Source of the DNA: Alphaproteobacteria bacterium
Lineage (GTDB): Bacteria; Pseudomonadota; Alphaproteobacteria; UBA6615
DNA: 64,000 bases
Direction of reading: 5' to 3'
Assembly (NCBI GenBank): GCA_002722515.1
Contig: PBMH01000047.1
Location: forward strand, 2,671 to 66,670
The notes below the pieces were generated by a model, which saw nothing but the letters and a program-made list of their open reading frames with translations, had not been told where the DNA came from and searched no databases. The position numbers were made by a program, and so were the translations under genes. Shown here one piece after another: positions 9,157 to 19,806 of this stretch; position 1 is the first letter of the stretch; the number at the start of each line of letters is the position of its first letter.

Positions 9157-11835
9157 TTAGTCTCCTGACTCGACGCTTGCCTGGGCCGCGGCGAGGCGGG
9201 CGATCGGCACCCGATATGGCGAGCAGGATACATAATCTAGGCCCGCACGGTCACAGAATTTAACCGACGCGGGATCACCACCATGCTCTCCACAGATTCC
9301 GAGCTTGATATCCCGCCGAGCCTTGCGCCCCCGGTCAGCAGCAATCGTAATTAGTTCACCCACACCATCGACGTCGATCGAAACGAACGGATCGACCTCG
9401 ATGATCCCCTGATGCTCATAGTCGGTCAAAAAGCTCGACGCATCGTCCCGGCTGATTCCGAATGTTGTCTGAGTTAGATCGTTGGTTCCAAAGCTAAAGA
9501 ACTCTGCTGATTCCGCAATCTCCCCCGCGCGCAGAGCTGCTCGCGGCAACTCGATCATCGTGCCAACCTGATACTCGATCCGCACTCCTGCCTCCCGGAA
9601 AACCGATTCGGCGACGTGGTCTATACGGTCCCTGAGAATATCGATTTCCTTACGTGTGGCAGCAAGCGGAATCATGATTTCCGGGAGAACCGTTTCGTCC
9701 GCATCCTTTGCGACGCTCACGGCGGCCTCGAAAATCGCGCGGGCCTGCATCTCATAAATTTCAGGATAAGTGATGCCCAACCGGCAACCGCGATGGCCCA
9801 ACATCGGATTGGACTCGTGCAGCTGCATGGCCCGATCGGTCATTGCAGAAGAATCAGAACCAGCTGCACGCGCAACCTCCGCAACCTCCGCCTCTGATTT
9901 CGGCAGGAATTCGTGGAGCGGCGGATCGAGCAATCGGATAGTGACCGGTAGACCAGACATGATCGTGAACAACTCCACGAAGTCCTGTCGTTGAAACGGC
10001 AAAAGCTCGTCCAGTGCGGCGCAGCGACCGGTCAAATCCTCAGCCAAGATCATCCGACGCACTGCAACGATCCGCTCGGGATCGAAGAACATATGCTCGG
10101 TGCGGCACAGGCCAATCCCTTCTGCGCCGAAGTCACGCGCGGTGCGCGCGTCGACAGGTGTCTCCGCATTGGTCCGAATATCGAGGCGACGAATACCGTC
10201 AGCCCAAGTCATCAGCTTTGTAAAATCCCCCGACATCTCTGGTTCGATCGTCGCCACCTCACCGTCAATGATTTCTCCCGTCGCACCATCGATTGTAATT
10301 GGTTCGCCGACTTTCAGTATTCGGTTTCCGACCCGTACCTGGCCCTTGCCATAATCAACATTGATCTCGCCCGCACCGGCAACACATGGTCGCCCCATAC
10401 CACGCGCAACAACTGCCGCGTGGCTGGTCATCCCGCCGCGGGTTGTCAGGATACCGCGCGCGGCATGCATGCCATGAATGTCTTCCGGGCTGGTCTCTAT
10501 CCGCACCAGGATGACGTCTTCGCCCCTGCGAGCCATATCCTCGGCTAGGTCAGCGCTCAGAACAATCCGACCGGACGCAGCGCCCGGTGATGCGGGCAAC
10601 CCCTTGCTTAAAATATTGCGCGGTGCATCCGGGTCTAAGCGCGGGTGTAACAGCTGATCTAACTGCCCAGCCTCGACCCGCAGGATGGCATCCGACTGGC
10701 TGATCAATCCCTCATCAACCATATCCACGGCAATGCGGATAGCCGCGGCCGCAGTCCTTTTTCCCGCTCGGGTCTGCAGCATGTAGAGCTTGTTGTTCTG
10801 CACTGTGAACTCTATATCCTGCATGTCCTTATAATGAAATTCTAGCCGGCTGCGTACCTCGGATAGTTGCTCGAAGACCTCGGGCATCACCTCTTCCATA
10901 GCCGGCAGATCAGAGCCGTTCCGTTCCTTGCCCGCGACAGTCAGATGCTGCGGTGTCCGAATTCCAGCCACCACATCCTCGCCCTGCGCATTAACTAAAT
11001 ACTCACCGTAAAAAATATTTTCTCCCGTCGATGGGTCACGGCTAAAGGCTACGCCAGTCGCGCAATCATCGCCCATGTTGCCGAACACCATTGCCTGTAC
11101 ATTCACCGCGGTACCCCACTCCGCGGGAATGTTCTGCAGACGCCGATAGGTAATCGCACGCTGATTCATCCACGAACCGAATACGGCACCTATCGCACCC
11201 CACAACTGCTCGTGCGGATCCTGAGGGAACGGCGCGTCAAGCTCACGTTCCACAATTTTCTTGTAATGAACTACGATGGATTTCCAGTCGTCCGCAGCTA
11301 GGTCGGTGTCAAGGACCAGACCGCTATCCATCTTGTGCTGCTCCAAGACCTCCTCGAACATGTAGTGATCGACCCCAAGAACGACGTCCGAATACATCTG
11401 GATGAAGCGGCGATAGCTGTCGAAAGCGAAACGCGCATCGCCCGATCTCGCGGCCAGTCCCGCTACAGTTTCGTCATTCAGGCCGAGGTTCAGAACAGTA
11501 TCCATCATACCCGGCATTGACGCCCGTGCGCCGGACCGGACCGAGACGAGCAGCGGATTGTCCGAGTCGCCAAACACCGTGCCGACATCTATCTCGATCG
11601 CCTCCAACGCGGTCTTGACCTGACCGCGCAGCGCGTCCGGATACGTCTGATCATTGGCATAGTAGTAGTTGCACAGGTCGGTCGTAATGGTAAAACCAGG
11701 CGGCACAGGTAGTCCTAGACTGCTCATCTCCGCGAGATTGGCGCCCTTTCCACCGAGCAGGTTGCGCATACCAGCGCCGCCATCCGAGGCGCCTGCGGCG
11801 AAGCTGTAGACCCACTTAGGGGAATTTCCGTTCAT
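9157..11835 (-). CDS. ppdK: Pyruvate, phosphate dikinase
   Basis: 'KWVYSFAAG...MRNLLGGKGANLAEM', the phospho-His motif 'GGMTSHAAVVARG' and a C-terminal PEP-utilising TIM barrel 'GICGEHGGDP'. The ATG at 11835 lies just after the glyS stop. The ORF track starts it at 11877. Confidence 0.95.
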   Translation of the reverse strand: MNGNSPKWVYSFAAGASDGGAGMRNLLGGKGANLAEMSSLGLPVPPGFTITTDLCNYYYANDQTYPDALRGQVKTALEAIEIDVGTVFGDSDNPLLVSVRSGARASMPGMMDTVLNLGLNDETVAGLAARSGDARFAFDSYRRFIQMYSDVVLGVDHYMFEEVLEQHKMDSGLVLDTDLAADDWKSIVVHYKKIVERELDAPFPQDPHEQLWGAIGAVFGSWMNQRAITYRRLQNIPAEWGTAVNVQAMVFGNMGDDCATGVAFSRDPSTGENIFYGEYLVNAQGEDVVAGIRTPQHLTVAGKERNGSDLPAMEEVMPEVFEQLSEVRSRLEFHYKDMQDIEFTVQNNKLYMLQTRAGKRTAAAAIRIAVDMVDEGLISQSDAILRVEAGQLDQLLHPRLDPDAPRNILSKGLPASPGAASGRIVLSADLAEDMARRGEDVILVRIETSPEDIHGMHAARGILTTRGGMTSHAAVVARGMGRPCVAGAGEINVDYGKGQVRVGNRILKVGEPITIDGATGEIIDGEVATIEPEMSGDFTKLMTWADGIRRLDIRTNAETPVDARTARDFGAEGIGLCRTEHMFFDPERIVAVRRMILAEDLTGRCAALDELLPFQRQDFVELFTIMSGLPVTIRLLDPPLHEFLPKSEAEVAEVARAAGSDSSAMTDRAMQLHESNPMLGHRGCRLGITYPEIYEMQARAIFEAAVSVAKDADETVLPEIMIPLAATRKEIDILRDRIDHVAESVFREAGVRIEYQVGTMIELPRAALRAGEIAESAEFFSFGTNDLTQTTFGISRDDASSFLTDYEHQGIIEVDPFVSIDVDGVGELITIAADRGRKARRDIKLGICGEHGGDPASVKFCDRAGLDYVSCSPYRVPIARLAAAQASVESGD

Positions 11836-11845
11836 GACCTTCCTG

Positions 11846-13918
11846 TCAGCCTTCAATTTTTGAGAAGTCAGCGACATCGTTCATTACCCCTTGGATGCGC
11901 GCGAGGAGACGTAATCGATTTCCCCTGATAGAGGGGTCGTCAGCATTAACTGTCACCTGTTCAAAAAATTCGTCGACCGGCTGGCGTAATTCAGCGAGCC
12001 CCTGCATAGCAGTCTCAAACAGCTCTACCGTAAGCGCCGTCGCAATTTCAGCCTCAGTGCGAGACAAAACCTTCCACAACACGGCCTCAACATCGTCGGT
12101 GCCGTCCAGACCCGGTTTATATTGGTCGCCGTTGTAGGCAACATCATCTTGCTTTTCTTCCGAGCGCAAAATATTCGACGCACGCCGATAAGCTACCAGA
12201 AGGTTGGTACCGTCGTCAGTGCCCAGAAACGCGTCCAGCGCATGAACTCGGGCGACGACCTCTACGAGGTCGCCCGCGGATTGGAGGCCAATGACGGCCT
12301 CGATATGGTCGTGGCGCACGCCGTGATCACGGAGATAGACCTTTAGCCTATCGGCAAAGAAAGACAACAGATCGGCGTCGATCGCCTCGTCCGTGCATTC
12401 GTGCAGCCTGCGCGCCTCGGCAAAAGCATCGCGCAGGCTGATGCGTAGGCCGTTCTCGAGTAAAATTCGGATCACACCAAGCGCGGCTCGGCGCAACGCG
12501 AATGGATCCTTAGAGCTGGTTGGCTTCTCGTCAGCCAACCAAAAGCCAACTAGTGTGTCGACTTTATCAGCAAGCGCGACGGCCATACTCATGGGCGCTG
12601 AGGGACAGACATCCGAAGGCCCTTGAGGAGCATAATGGTCTGCGATCGCATTGGCTACGTCCACAGGCTCGCCCTGAGCAACTGCATAATAGCGGCCGAT
12701 AACACCCTGCAGATCTGGGAATTCTCCTACCATGCCGCTGACTAAGTCCGCCTTGGCGAGCCGGGCGGCACGAATAACCGATGCCGCGTCCACACCCGGA
12801 ATAGCCGCTCCGAACCAGCCGGCCAGCCCTTCTATCCGCGCGACCTTGTCACCTACGCTGCCCAGCTTCGCATGGAACACGATCTCGCTTAGCGCGTCCT
12901 GCATCTCCGCAAGCGGCGTCTCCAAGTCATGGTCCCAAAAATACTTGGCATCGGACAGGCGCGCACGCAGAACACGCTCGTTACCCGCAATCACAGCCGC
13001 CGGATCATCGGCCTCGATGTTCGACACAAAAGCGAAGGACGAAGCGAGCTCACCCGCCCCGTCGGTCAGGCCGAAGTACTTCTGATGCTCTCGCATGGAC
13101 GAGATCAATACTTCAGCCGGCAGGTCCATGAAGGACGGGTCGATCGCGCCGATCAGCACCCGCGGCCATTCCACTAAGCCCGCGACTTCGGCATACAACC
13201 CGTCGTCATCGGGAAACTGGAAGCCTCCGTCTGCACAGGCTAACGCCATCTGCTCGCGTATGACGTCTTCGCGCTGCTGCGAATCCGCAATGACGAATGC
13301 GTTGCGTAACTTGGTGTCATAGTCGGCGAGACCGCCAACCGCGAAGTTGTCCGGCGCATGAAACCTGTGCCCGACCGTCTGATCCGTAAAAGCGAGCACC
13401 CCGCCCCCGGTTTCGAGGCCACCCTCTAGCGGCACGCCATCGAATATGGCGAGCACCGCGTGCAGGGGCCGCACCCAACGGAACCTTGTGTCCGCCCAGC
13501 GCATCGACTTCGGCCATGGCAAGTCCGCCGCCAGCGCCACCACTATCTCTGAGAGCACATCGCGCGTTGGTCGGCCTGCCTCTTCCCAGACTGCCATGTA
13601 GAAGCTGCCTTTCTTATCGTCGCAGACTTTGCATTCCTCCAAGGAAACCCGGGTCGACCTGACAAAACCCTCAAGTGCCTCCTCCGGCGCATCTGTGCGC
13701 GGCCCCTTGCGCTCGACGGTGCGCGATGGCTGCATATCGGGCAAACTGTCGACGCAGATTGCAAGGCGCCTCGGGGTCGCACGCAGAGCGATCGGTCCAT
13801 GTTTGAGATTATTTTCCATTAGCGCCGCCGTCAGCAGCCGCTCAAGCTCCATCGCCGCACGACGCTGCATACGCGCAGGGATTTCTTCGGACCGGAATTC
13901 GATAAGGAGCTCTGCCAT
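11846..13918 (-). CDS. glyS: Glycine--tRNA ligase beta subunit
   Basis: 'MAELLIEFRSEEIPARMQ' is a typical GlyS N-terminus, and the size is right for the family. The ATG at 13918 sits 5 nt after the glyQ stop. The ORF-track start at 14068 lies inside glyQ. Confidence 0.9.
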   Translation of the reverse strand: MAELLIEFRSEEIPARMQRRAAMELERLLTAALMENNLKHGPIALRATPRRLAICVDSLPDMQPSRTVERKGPRTDAPEEALEGFVRSTRVSLEECKVCDDKKGSFYMAVWEEAGRPTRDVLSEIVVALAADLPWPKSMRWADTRFRWVRPLHAVLAIFDGVPLEGGLETGGGVLAFTDQTVGHRFHAPDNFAVGGLADYDTKLRNAFVIADSQQREDVIREQMALACADGGFQFPDDDGLYAEVAGLVEWPRVLIGAIDPSFMDLPAEVLISSMREHQKYFGLTDGAGELASSFAFVSNIEADDPAAVIAGNERVLRARLSDAKYFWDHDLETPLAEMQDALSEIVFHAKLGSVGDKVARIEGLAGWFGAAIPGVDAASVIRAARLAKADLVSGMVGEFPDLQGVIGRYYAVAQGEPVDVANAIADHYAPQGPSDVCPSAPMSMAVALADKVDTLVGFWLADEKPTSSKDPFALRRAALGVIRILLENGLRISLRDAFAEARRLHECTDEAIDADLLSFFADRLKVYLRDHGVRHDHIEAVIGLQSAGDLVEVVARVHALDAFLGTDDGTNLLVAYRRASNILRSEEKQDDVAYNGDQYKPGLDGTDDVEAVLWKVLSRTEAEIATALTVELFETAMQGLAELRQPVDEFFEQVTVNADDPSIRGNRLRLLARIQGVMNDVADFSKIEG

Positions 13919-13923
13919 CGCTA

Positions 13924-14718
13924 TCAGCCATCCCCCTCGGCCTGGAGCCAAACCTGGCAACAGCCCTTCGCGAGATCGCGTACACGCAGTATGTAGGCCT
14001 GCCGCTCGGTGACCGAGATCACACCGCGCGCATCCAGAAGATTGAAGATGTGGCTCGCCTTGATGCACTGGTCATAGGCTGGCAAAGCGAGATTCTTATC
14101 GGTCAGAGATTGGCACTCCGCTTCGGCATCGGCGAAATGACGGAAAAGAATATCCGTGCTGGCATGCTCGAAATTATAGGCACTGAATTCCCGCTCGGGG
14201 CGCAGGAACACATCGCCATAGCGCGTGCCAGCGCCGTTGAAATCCAGTTCGTAGACATTCTCGACGCCCTGAACATACATCGCCAGGCGTTCCAGCCCAT
14301 AAGTCAATTCGACCGCAACCGGGTCGCAGTCGAATCCACCAACCTGCTGAAAATAGGTGAACTGGCTAACCTCCATACCATCGCACCAGACCTCCCAGCC
14401 CAGCCCCCAAGCGCCAAGGGTCGGACTTTCCCAGTCATCCTCGACGAAACGAATATCATGGGACATGGGATCGATGCCCAGCGCTGCTAGGCTCTGCAGG
14501 TAGAGTTCCTGGCTGTCCTTCGGCGACGGCTTCAGGATAACCTGAAACTGGTAATAATGCTGGAGCCGGTTCGGATTCTCTCCATAACGCCCATCGGTCG
14601 GGCGGCGCGACGGCTGCACGAAGGCGGCACACCAAGGATCCGGGCCCAGTGCGCGCAGCGTCGTCGCCGGATGAAAGGTGCCTGCGCCGACCTCCATGTC
14701 ATACGGCTGCAGAATCAA
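13924..14718 (-). CDS. glyQ: Glycine--tRNA ligase alpha subunit. Coordinates are the ORF-track TTG start; conserved coding sequence continues upstream to at least 14775.
   Basis: '[18 protein letters not shown]...[22 protein letters not shown]' is unmistakably GlyQ. The in-frame upstream codons read '...[19 protein letters not shown]', which is the conserved GlyQ N-terminus (see findings). Confidence 0.9.
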   Translation of the reverse strand: MILQPYDMEVGAGTFHPATTLRALGPDPWCAAFVQPSRRPTDGRYGENPNRLQHYYQFQVILKPSPKDSQELYLQSLAALGIDPMSHDIRFVEDDWESPTLGAWGLGWEVWCDGMEVSQFTYFQQVGGFDCDPVAVELTYGLERLAMYVQGVENVYELDFNGAGTRYGDVFLRPEREFSAYNFEHASTDILFRHFADAEAECQSLTDKNLALPAYDQCIKASHIFNLLDARGVISVTERQAYILRVRDLAKGCCQVWLQAEGDG

Positions 14719-14985
14719 GCAGCCCCGCTCGGCCCAGAACCTCTGCAGGGCAAGGATCAGGTCTTGAAAGCTCAGCGGCGGCGGCGCAGAGCGAGCTACA
14801 ACGGGTTGGTTAATCGGCTTCTTCCGGAGTGTTGCTCACGAGCCTTTCGGCGTGGGAAAAATAGAAGCGGTCCCAGCCCCGGTCAAGGCGCGGGACTGCC
14901 CCTCCTGTGTGCAATATACGTGGCAATCAGAAGCCCGATTTCGCGGATCGCAAATCCGCTCATCTGCCGGTTTCAGGCCGGGTCA

Positions 14986-15192
14986 TCAGTCTTGCTTCGT
15001 CCTGTCGTTCCGCACCACGTATGTATCGGTTTCCTTGTCATATTCGGTTTCGAACGCCGCAGCCGCTGATTTGTCGCCAACCGGGGCCTGTTCACCTGCG
15101 CTGGTGAGCCGCCCAAATATTCGAAAACCGACGATTACAGCTCCAATAATCAGGGCTAGGATGAGAAGCTTCGTGAGCGAGAATCCGAACAT
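14986..15192 (-). CDS. Small membrane protein (single N-terminal TM helix), hypothetical
   Basis: 68 aa with the hydrophobic helix 'LLILALIIGAVIVGF' and a charged tail. It lies in an otherwise empty gap and is co-oriented with its neighbours. Confidence 0.45.
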   Translation of the reverse strand: MFGFSLTKLLILALIIGAVIVGFRIFGRLTSAGEQAPVGDKSAAAAFETEYDKETDTYVVRNDRTKQD

Positions 15193-15292
15193 ACGGCAAT
15201 TTTACAGTTACAGGGCGCAACCTCAACTATCTACTCCGCTACATTCATAGCATCCGCCGGCGGGTTGCCGCCATCGGCGCGTGCCGTATTAC

Positions 15293-16054
15293 TCAATCAA
15301 CAGCATCAGAGAATAATAGGGGCGCCCCGTCCTCGATCACTCGACGCGCTGCCGGCGTGTAACCGCCCCCCGTATCATGCAACACCAGCCCCGGGTAAAG
15401 GCTAGTAGGCGCACGAACTCCTACCCGTCCGGATATGATAACGCGCCGGGCCGACACGCCCGCACGCGGCCAAATCGGTTGGACCCGGATTTCTCCAGCC
15501 AGGGTGGAGAAGACCGCGAGCAGCTCATCTAGCCTATCGGCGCGATGCACGAATGTGATCCTCCCCTTGGGACGGCAGGACGCTGCCATGAAAGACAGCC
15601 ACGCGTCGAGCGGCACGGACTCGATCATTGCCCGATGCCGACGCTCATCTAGTTCCCGCACGTCAGCCCGGCCGAGTGGCAAATAGGGCGGATTGGAGAA
15701 CACATGGTCGAACGCACCGCGCAGACGTTGCGGCACACCGTCGGCAATATCGACGATCTCATCTACAATCCTGCCGTCAAACCCGTTGGCGGCCACGTTC
15801 GCGCGTAGGCCGCAGGTCATTTTCGAATCGCGATCGATACCAACCAACGAGGCATCTGCGACCCGAGATGCGAGACATAGCGTCGCACCGCCGGTCCCGC
15901 AGCCCACATCCAGCGCTCGCGCGCCAGGCTCTAGCACAACGGCTGCAGCCAGTAGAACAGCATCCACCGACACCCGAAACCCCGAAGCCGGTTGCCGCAG
16001 CACTACCCGGCCACCCAGCAGACTATCCGTCGTGTCCAAAGTCTCAGTGGTCAC
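15293..16054 (-). CDS. SAM-dependent methyltransferase (tRNA1(Val) m6A37 / N6-adenine MTase-like, NPPY motif)
   Basis: SAM motif I 'ALDVGCGTGG' and the catalytic 'FSNPPYLP'. Confidence 0.7.
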   Translation of the reverse strand: MTTETLDTTDSLLGGRVVLRQPASGFRVSVDAVLLAAAVVLEPGARALDVGCGTGGATLCLASRVADASLVGIDRDSKMTCGLRANVAANGFDGRIVDEIVDIADGVPQRLRGAFDHVFSNPPYLPLGRADVRELDERRHRAMIESVPLDAWLSFMAASCRPKGRITFVHRADRLDELLAVFSTLAGEIRVQPIWPRAGVSARRVIISGRVGVRAPTSLYPGLVLHDTGGGYTPAARRVIEDGAPLLFSDAVD

Positions 16055-16239
16055 AGGAAAGTATTCATCTGTTCCTTGAAATCGAGGATTTCCGTGCCCA
16101 CCAACAACGCTCGCACCACATCATAGTCTTCATCTAGTACCATCATACAATGATGGGTCACGGAAATACTGCCTTCAATGAACTTCGAATGGGTGCCGAA
16201 CATGGCCGATTCGATCCTGGTATTTTTCAACAGTTTCAT
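16051..16239 (-). CDS. DUF2007-like small protein (short form)
   Basis: 'IEGSISVTHHCMMVLDEDYDVVRALL' resembles the DUF2007 C-terminal consensus. Its position between ispB and the methyltransferase is the usual alphaproteobacterial arrangement. I chose the ATG at 16239. Confidence 0.45.
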   Translation of the reverse strand: MKLLKNTRIESAMFGTHSKFIEGSISVTHHCMMVLDEDYDVVRALLVGTEILDFKEQMNTFL

Positions 16240-16428
16240 TGCCAGTGATAGGCAACATGATCGTTCGTCCTCAGAAACTTCCACAAGCCCCACTCCACCA
16301 GACAACGGAAATTGATTGGTGTGTTACTTGACGACCCATTCAAACATCATATGCTCGGCTTTCGCCAATTGCGCAGACGTTTCGTACCCGCGCATAACTG
16401 TTCCGGCTAACAATTTCGGGAGAATCTC

Positions 16429-17451
16429 TTGGCCGTTGTTGCCCGACTGGGGGGGGGTCAATCGAAAGACCCTAAAAACGCGCTCGAAGACCTGCACGAT
16501 CTCTGCGCTGCGGATATGGCACGTGTCAACCAGCTGATTGTCGACAACATGCAATCAGATGTGCCGCTAATTCCCGAGCTCGCAGGCCATCTGGTGTCAG
16601 CCGGCGGGAAACGCCTACGCCCACTCCTAACCTTGGCCAGTGCCCAGCTATGCGGCTATGACGGAGACAAGCATATAGGCCTCGCTGCCGCAGTTGAGTT
16701 CATCCACACCGCCACCCTGCTGCATGACGATGTGGTCGACGAGTCAGATTTACGGCGTGGGCGTGACACAGCAAACGCTGTATGGGGAAACCAGGCTAGC
16801 GTCCTAGTCGGCGACTTCTTATTCAGCCGATCCTTCCGCCTCATGGTCGAAAGCGAATCCCTCAAGGTCCTCGATATTCTCGCCAGCGCAAGCGCAATCA
16901 TCGCCGAGGGCGAGGTCGCACAGCTGACCACCGCCAACGACACCGCGACAACCGAAGAAAATTACCTCTATGTTATCCGCTCCAAGACCGCGGCCCTATT
17001 CGCTGCCGCCTGCCAAGTCGGTGCCCAAATAGCCGGACGCAACGCAGACGATGAAGACGCACTCGAGCAATATGGAGCAAATCTCGGTATCGCTTTCCAG
17101 TTGGTCGATGACTATCTGGACTATTCCGCAACCAATAAGGCCTTCGGCAAGGGCGTTGGTGATGATTTTCGCGAAGGCAAGATTACTCTACCGATCGTCT
17201 TGGCAATGCGACGGGGCGACGATGACGAGCATGCATTCTGGCGCCGTACGCTCGAGGACATGGACCAGAAGGACGGCGATTTAGAGCATGCAGTCACGGT
17301 ACTCAAAACCCATGATGCGCTCTCCGACACGCTGATCCGCGCCCGCGGCTATGCGGACACCGCTCGCGCCGCGCTGGCAGAACTGCCGGACAACACATAC
17401 CGGACGGCACTTGAGAATATCGTCGATTTCTGCGTCGAGCGTGCTTATTAG
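16429..17451 (+). CDS. ispB: Polyprenyl (octaprenyl/decaprenyl) diphosphate synthase
   Basis: It has 'GGKRLRP', the first 'LLHDDVVDESDLRRG' motif and the second 'QLVDDYLD' Asp-rich motif. Confidence 0.9.
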   Translation: MAVVARLGGGQSKDPKNALEDLHDLCAADMARVNQLIVDNMQSDVPLIPELAGHLVSAGGKRLRPLLTLASAQLCGYDGDKHIGLAAAVEFIHTATLLHDDVVDESDLRRGRDTANAVWGNQASVLVGDFLFSRSFRLMVESESLKVLDILASASAIIAEGEVAQLTTANDTATTEENYLYVIRSKTAALFAAACQVGAQIAGRNADDEDALEQYGANLGIAFQLVDDYLDYSATNKAFGKGVGDDFREGKITLPIVLAMRRGDDDEHAFWRRTLEDMDQKDGDLEHAVTVLKTHDALSDTLIRARGYADTARAALAELPDNTYRTALENIVDFCVERAY

Positions 17452-18374
17452 GCCAGTGCAGCCTGGCGCTGCGGTAGGGTCAAGAACCCGAGCAAAACAT
17501 GAAAAAAGCGGTGTCGATTCACACCAAGCGTTCCCACATGGGCCTGGTCGGGAAGCACGATCATCTGCTTATCGTCGGACTTCAGTTTGCTGAAGAACGC
17601 GACTAGGTCTTCCTCGGTTGCTATCCCGTCGTGTTCCCCACGTAGAATCAGAACAGGACAAGAAATCCGTTCGGGGTCAACCAATGGCAGGTTCGCGCAC
17701 ATATCGAGATAGGTACCCGTCGGCATTGTCTTGCCATATTGCAGCTCGGCATCGGCGAAAGCATCAGCCACTCCAGCCTCAACTAACCCGGGACGGTCGC
17801 GATTGAAGATCGAGTGGAAGAAGGCGCGATCAACAGCGCGGGTCGCGTGATTTCGAAAATAATCGAGATTCTCAGACCTCTTTGCCAGAGTAGGTGAGCC
17901 CTCACCAGTCCAAACAAAGGCGTCGAGTGTCAGGGACCGGACATGTTCGTGGTGATTCATGGCGAACAGGCCGACCCGTAGGGCGCCCGACGAGCTACCA
18001 AAAAAATGGAACGTCGACTGGCCGGTCTTGTCCACAACTATGGGTGTCGCGGCGGCCAGGTCTTCGGCCCCACTAGCGATATCGGAATTACTGTTAGTCC
18101 GATCCGAACATCCGTAATTTTCATGATCCATCGTCCAAACATCGAAACCGCGTGCGACGAACCAATCCATCATCGAATAGCCCGACTTTCCGGGCACATC
18201 GAGATCAAACCCAGTACGCGCGCAGAGCGAAGAGCCGTGTACCAAGAACAGGACCGGTGCATTCGCGACCTCGACCGGGCGCTTACGGAACACAAACAGC
18301 TGCACATCACCTTTCCGGACCCAATATTCTTCCTTCAAAGCTCCCACTCGGGCAGTCGCATCTTCGGCCATCAT
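17448..18374 (-). CDS. Alpha/beta hydrolase fold protein
   Basis: 308 aa with an 'HG' oxyanion region ('LFLVHGSS') and a nucleophile elbow 'FGSSSG'. Confidence 0.65.
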   Translation of the reverse strand: MMAEDATARVGALKEEYWVRKGDVQLFVFRKRPVEVANAPVLFLVHGSSLCARTGFDLDVPGKSGYSMMDWFVARGFDVWTMDHENYGCSDRTNSNSDIASGAEDLAAATPIVVDKTGQSTFHFFGSSSGALRVGLFAMNHHEHVRSLTLDAFVWTGEGSPTLAKRSENLDYFRNHATRAVDRAFFHSIFNRDRPGLVEAGVADAFADAELQYGKTMPTGTYLDMCANLPLVDPERISCPVLILRGEHDGIATEEDLVAFFSKLKSDDKQMIVLPDQAHVGTLGVNRHRFFHVLLGFLTLPQRQAALA

Positions 18375-18387
18375 CAGTCTCGGTTAG

Positions 18388-19806
18388 CTAGAGATAAGGG
18401 GAGAACAATCTTGCCATACCGTCGCGTAGCCGCACAGCGAGAGGCCGGCGTTTTAGCTCATCCACCGTTAACTCTCGTGCGCGTCGGCACTCATCATCGA
18501 ATTCCTCTGATAGCTCATTGAGCAGGGCCACGCTGCGGCATTCAACGTTCAGCTCGAAGTTCAGCCTTAGACTGCGCGGATCCCAGTTCGACGAACCTAT
18601 CAACGCCCATTCTTCATCCACAAGAAACAGCTTGGCATGGTTAAACGGTGCCGGGCCCAACAAAACGCGGCAACCGTCCGTCAGCAACTCGTCAAGGCGC
18701 GCGCGCACAGCCCAGTCGACGAAACGCAGGTTGCTACGTTCGGGAATCACTATATCGACCGCCACACCTTTGATTGAGGCAATCCGAAGCGCGGAGTGAA
18801 GAATTTCGTCGGGCAGGAAATACGGGGTTAGGATTGAGACCCTTTTGCGCGCCTCAAGAATTGCCGCATGAAGGATCCAACGCGTACGATCAATCGGCTC
18901 ATGCGGACCGGTGGGGATTGCCCGTGCAATCACATCACCACGCGATGCAAGTTCGGGGAACCAGCGTGGTCCTTGGAGATTTTCACCAGCAGTGAAATTC
19001 CAATCGTCGGCGAACGCATCCGACAATTGTCCTACTAACGGTCCGTCAATCCGAAAATGAAGATCACGCACCGCACGGTTTGGGTTATCTGCAACTCGGT
19101 TGTTATGCGAGATGTTGATACCGCCGGTGAACCCCACAATACCATCGACGACCATTACTTTCCGGTGACTACGCAAGTTCAGATAGGGCATCCGCCAGGG
19201 TAGAAAAGAGTGCATGTAACGCGCGAACGGAATTCCGGCATCACGCAGTGCGCCCGCGATTGTCGGGAGGGAATAAGCCTGCCCTACCCCGTCAATAAGC
19301 ACCCGCACCTCAACACCACGTACCTTCGCCCGGGATAACGCGTCGACGAAGGCCAAGCCGACAGTATCGCGCTTAAAAATATAGGTAGACAGCGCCACCG
19401 AACGGGTCGCCGCGTCAATAGCCGCAATCATTGCTGGATAGGTTGCATCGCCATTGCGCAGTAGCTCCACGCGGTTACCCGCGACGGCCGAATTTATCGC
19501 GAAACTGTCGATCAGGCGATCGAGCGGGGCCTCCGCACCCACACGCTGGTCAAGAACACCATCTCGGTGCATGCGCACAGTACTAGGCGCTCGGGTACGT
19601 GCGGCGCGGCGGCGAATGCGGTTGATTCCGAACAAGAGGTAGGTGATAGAGCCCATGACCGGTGACAGCAGGATCAGTCCAACCCAAGCGATCGCGGCGT
19701 TTTCATTGCGCTTGTAGAGGATAACAGTCGCCGCGAGGACAATCGCGACAGCAGCAACCACGATGATCGTGGCGAAGCGCCAATAGAACGCAAACAGTTC
19801 CGGCAT
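18388..19806 (-). CDS. cls: Cardiolipin synthase (PLD superfamily)
   Basis: Two N-terminal TM helices and two HKD motifs ('HRKVMVVDG' and 'NHAKLFLVD'). Confidence 0.85.
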   Translation of the reverse strand: MPELFAFYWRFATIIVVAAVAIVLAATVILYKRNENAAIAWVGLILLSPVMGSITYLLFGINRIRRRAARTRAPSTVRMHRDGVLDQRVGAEAPLDRLIDSFAINSAVAGNRVELLRNGDATYPAMIAAIDAATRSVALSTYIFKRDTVGLAFVDALSRAKVRGVEVRVLIDGVGQAYSLPTIAGALRDAGIPFARYMHSFLPWRMPYLNLRSHRKVMVVDGIVGFTGGINISHNNRVADNPNRAVRDLHFRIDGPLVGQLSDAFADDWNFTAGENLQGPRWFPELASRGDVIARAIPTGPHEPIDRTRWILHAAILEARKRVSILTPYFLPDEILHSALRIASIKGVAVDIVIPERSNLRFVDWAVRARLDELLTDGCRVLLGPAPFNHAKLFLVDEEWALIGSSNWDPRSLRLNFELNVECRSVALLNELSEEFDDECRRARELTVDELKRRPLAVRLRDGMARLFSPYL

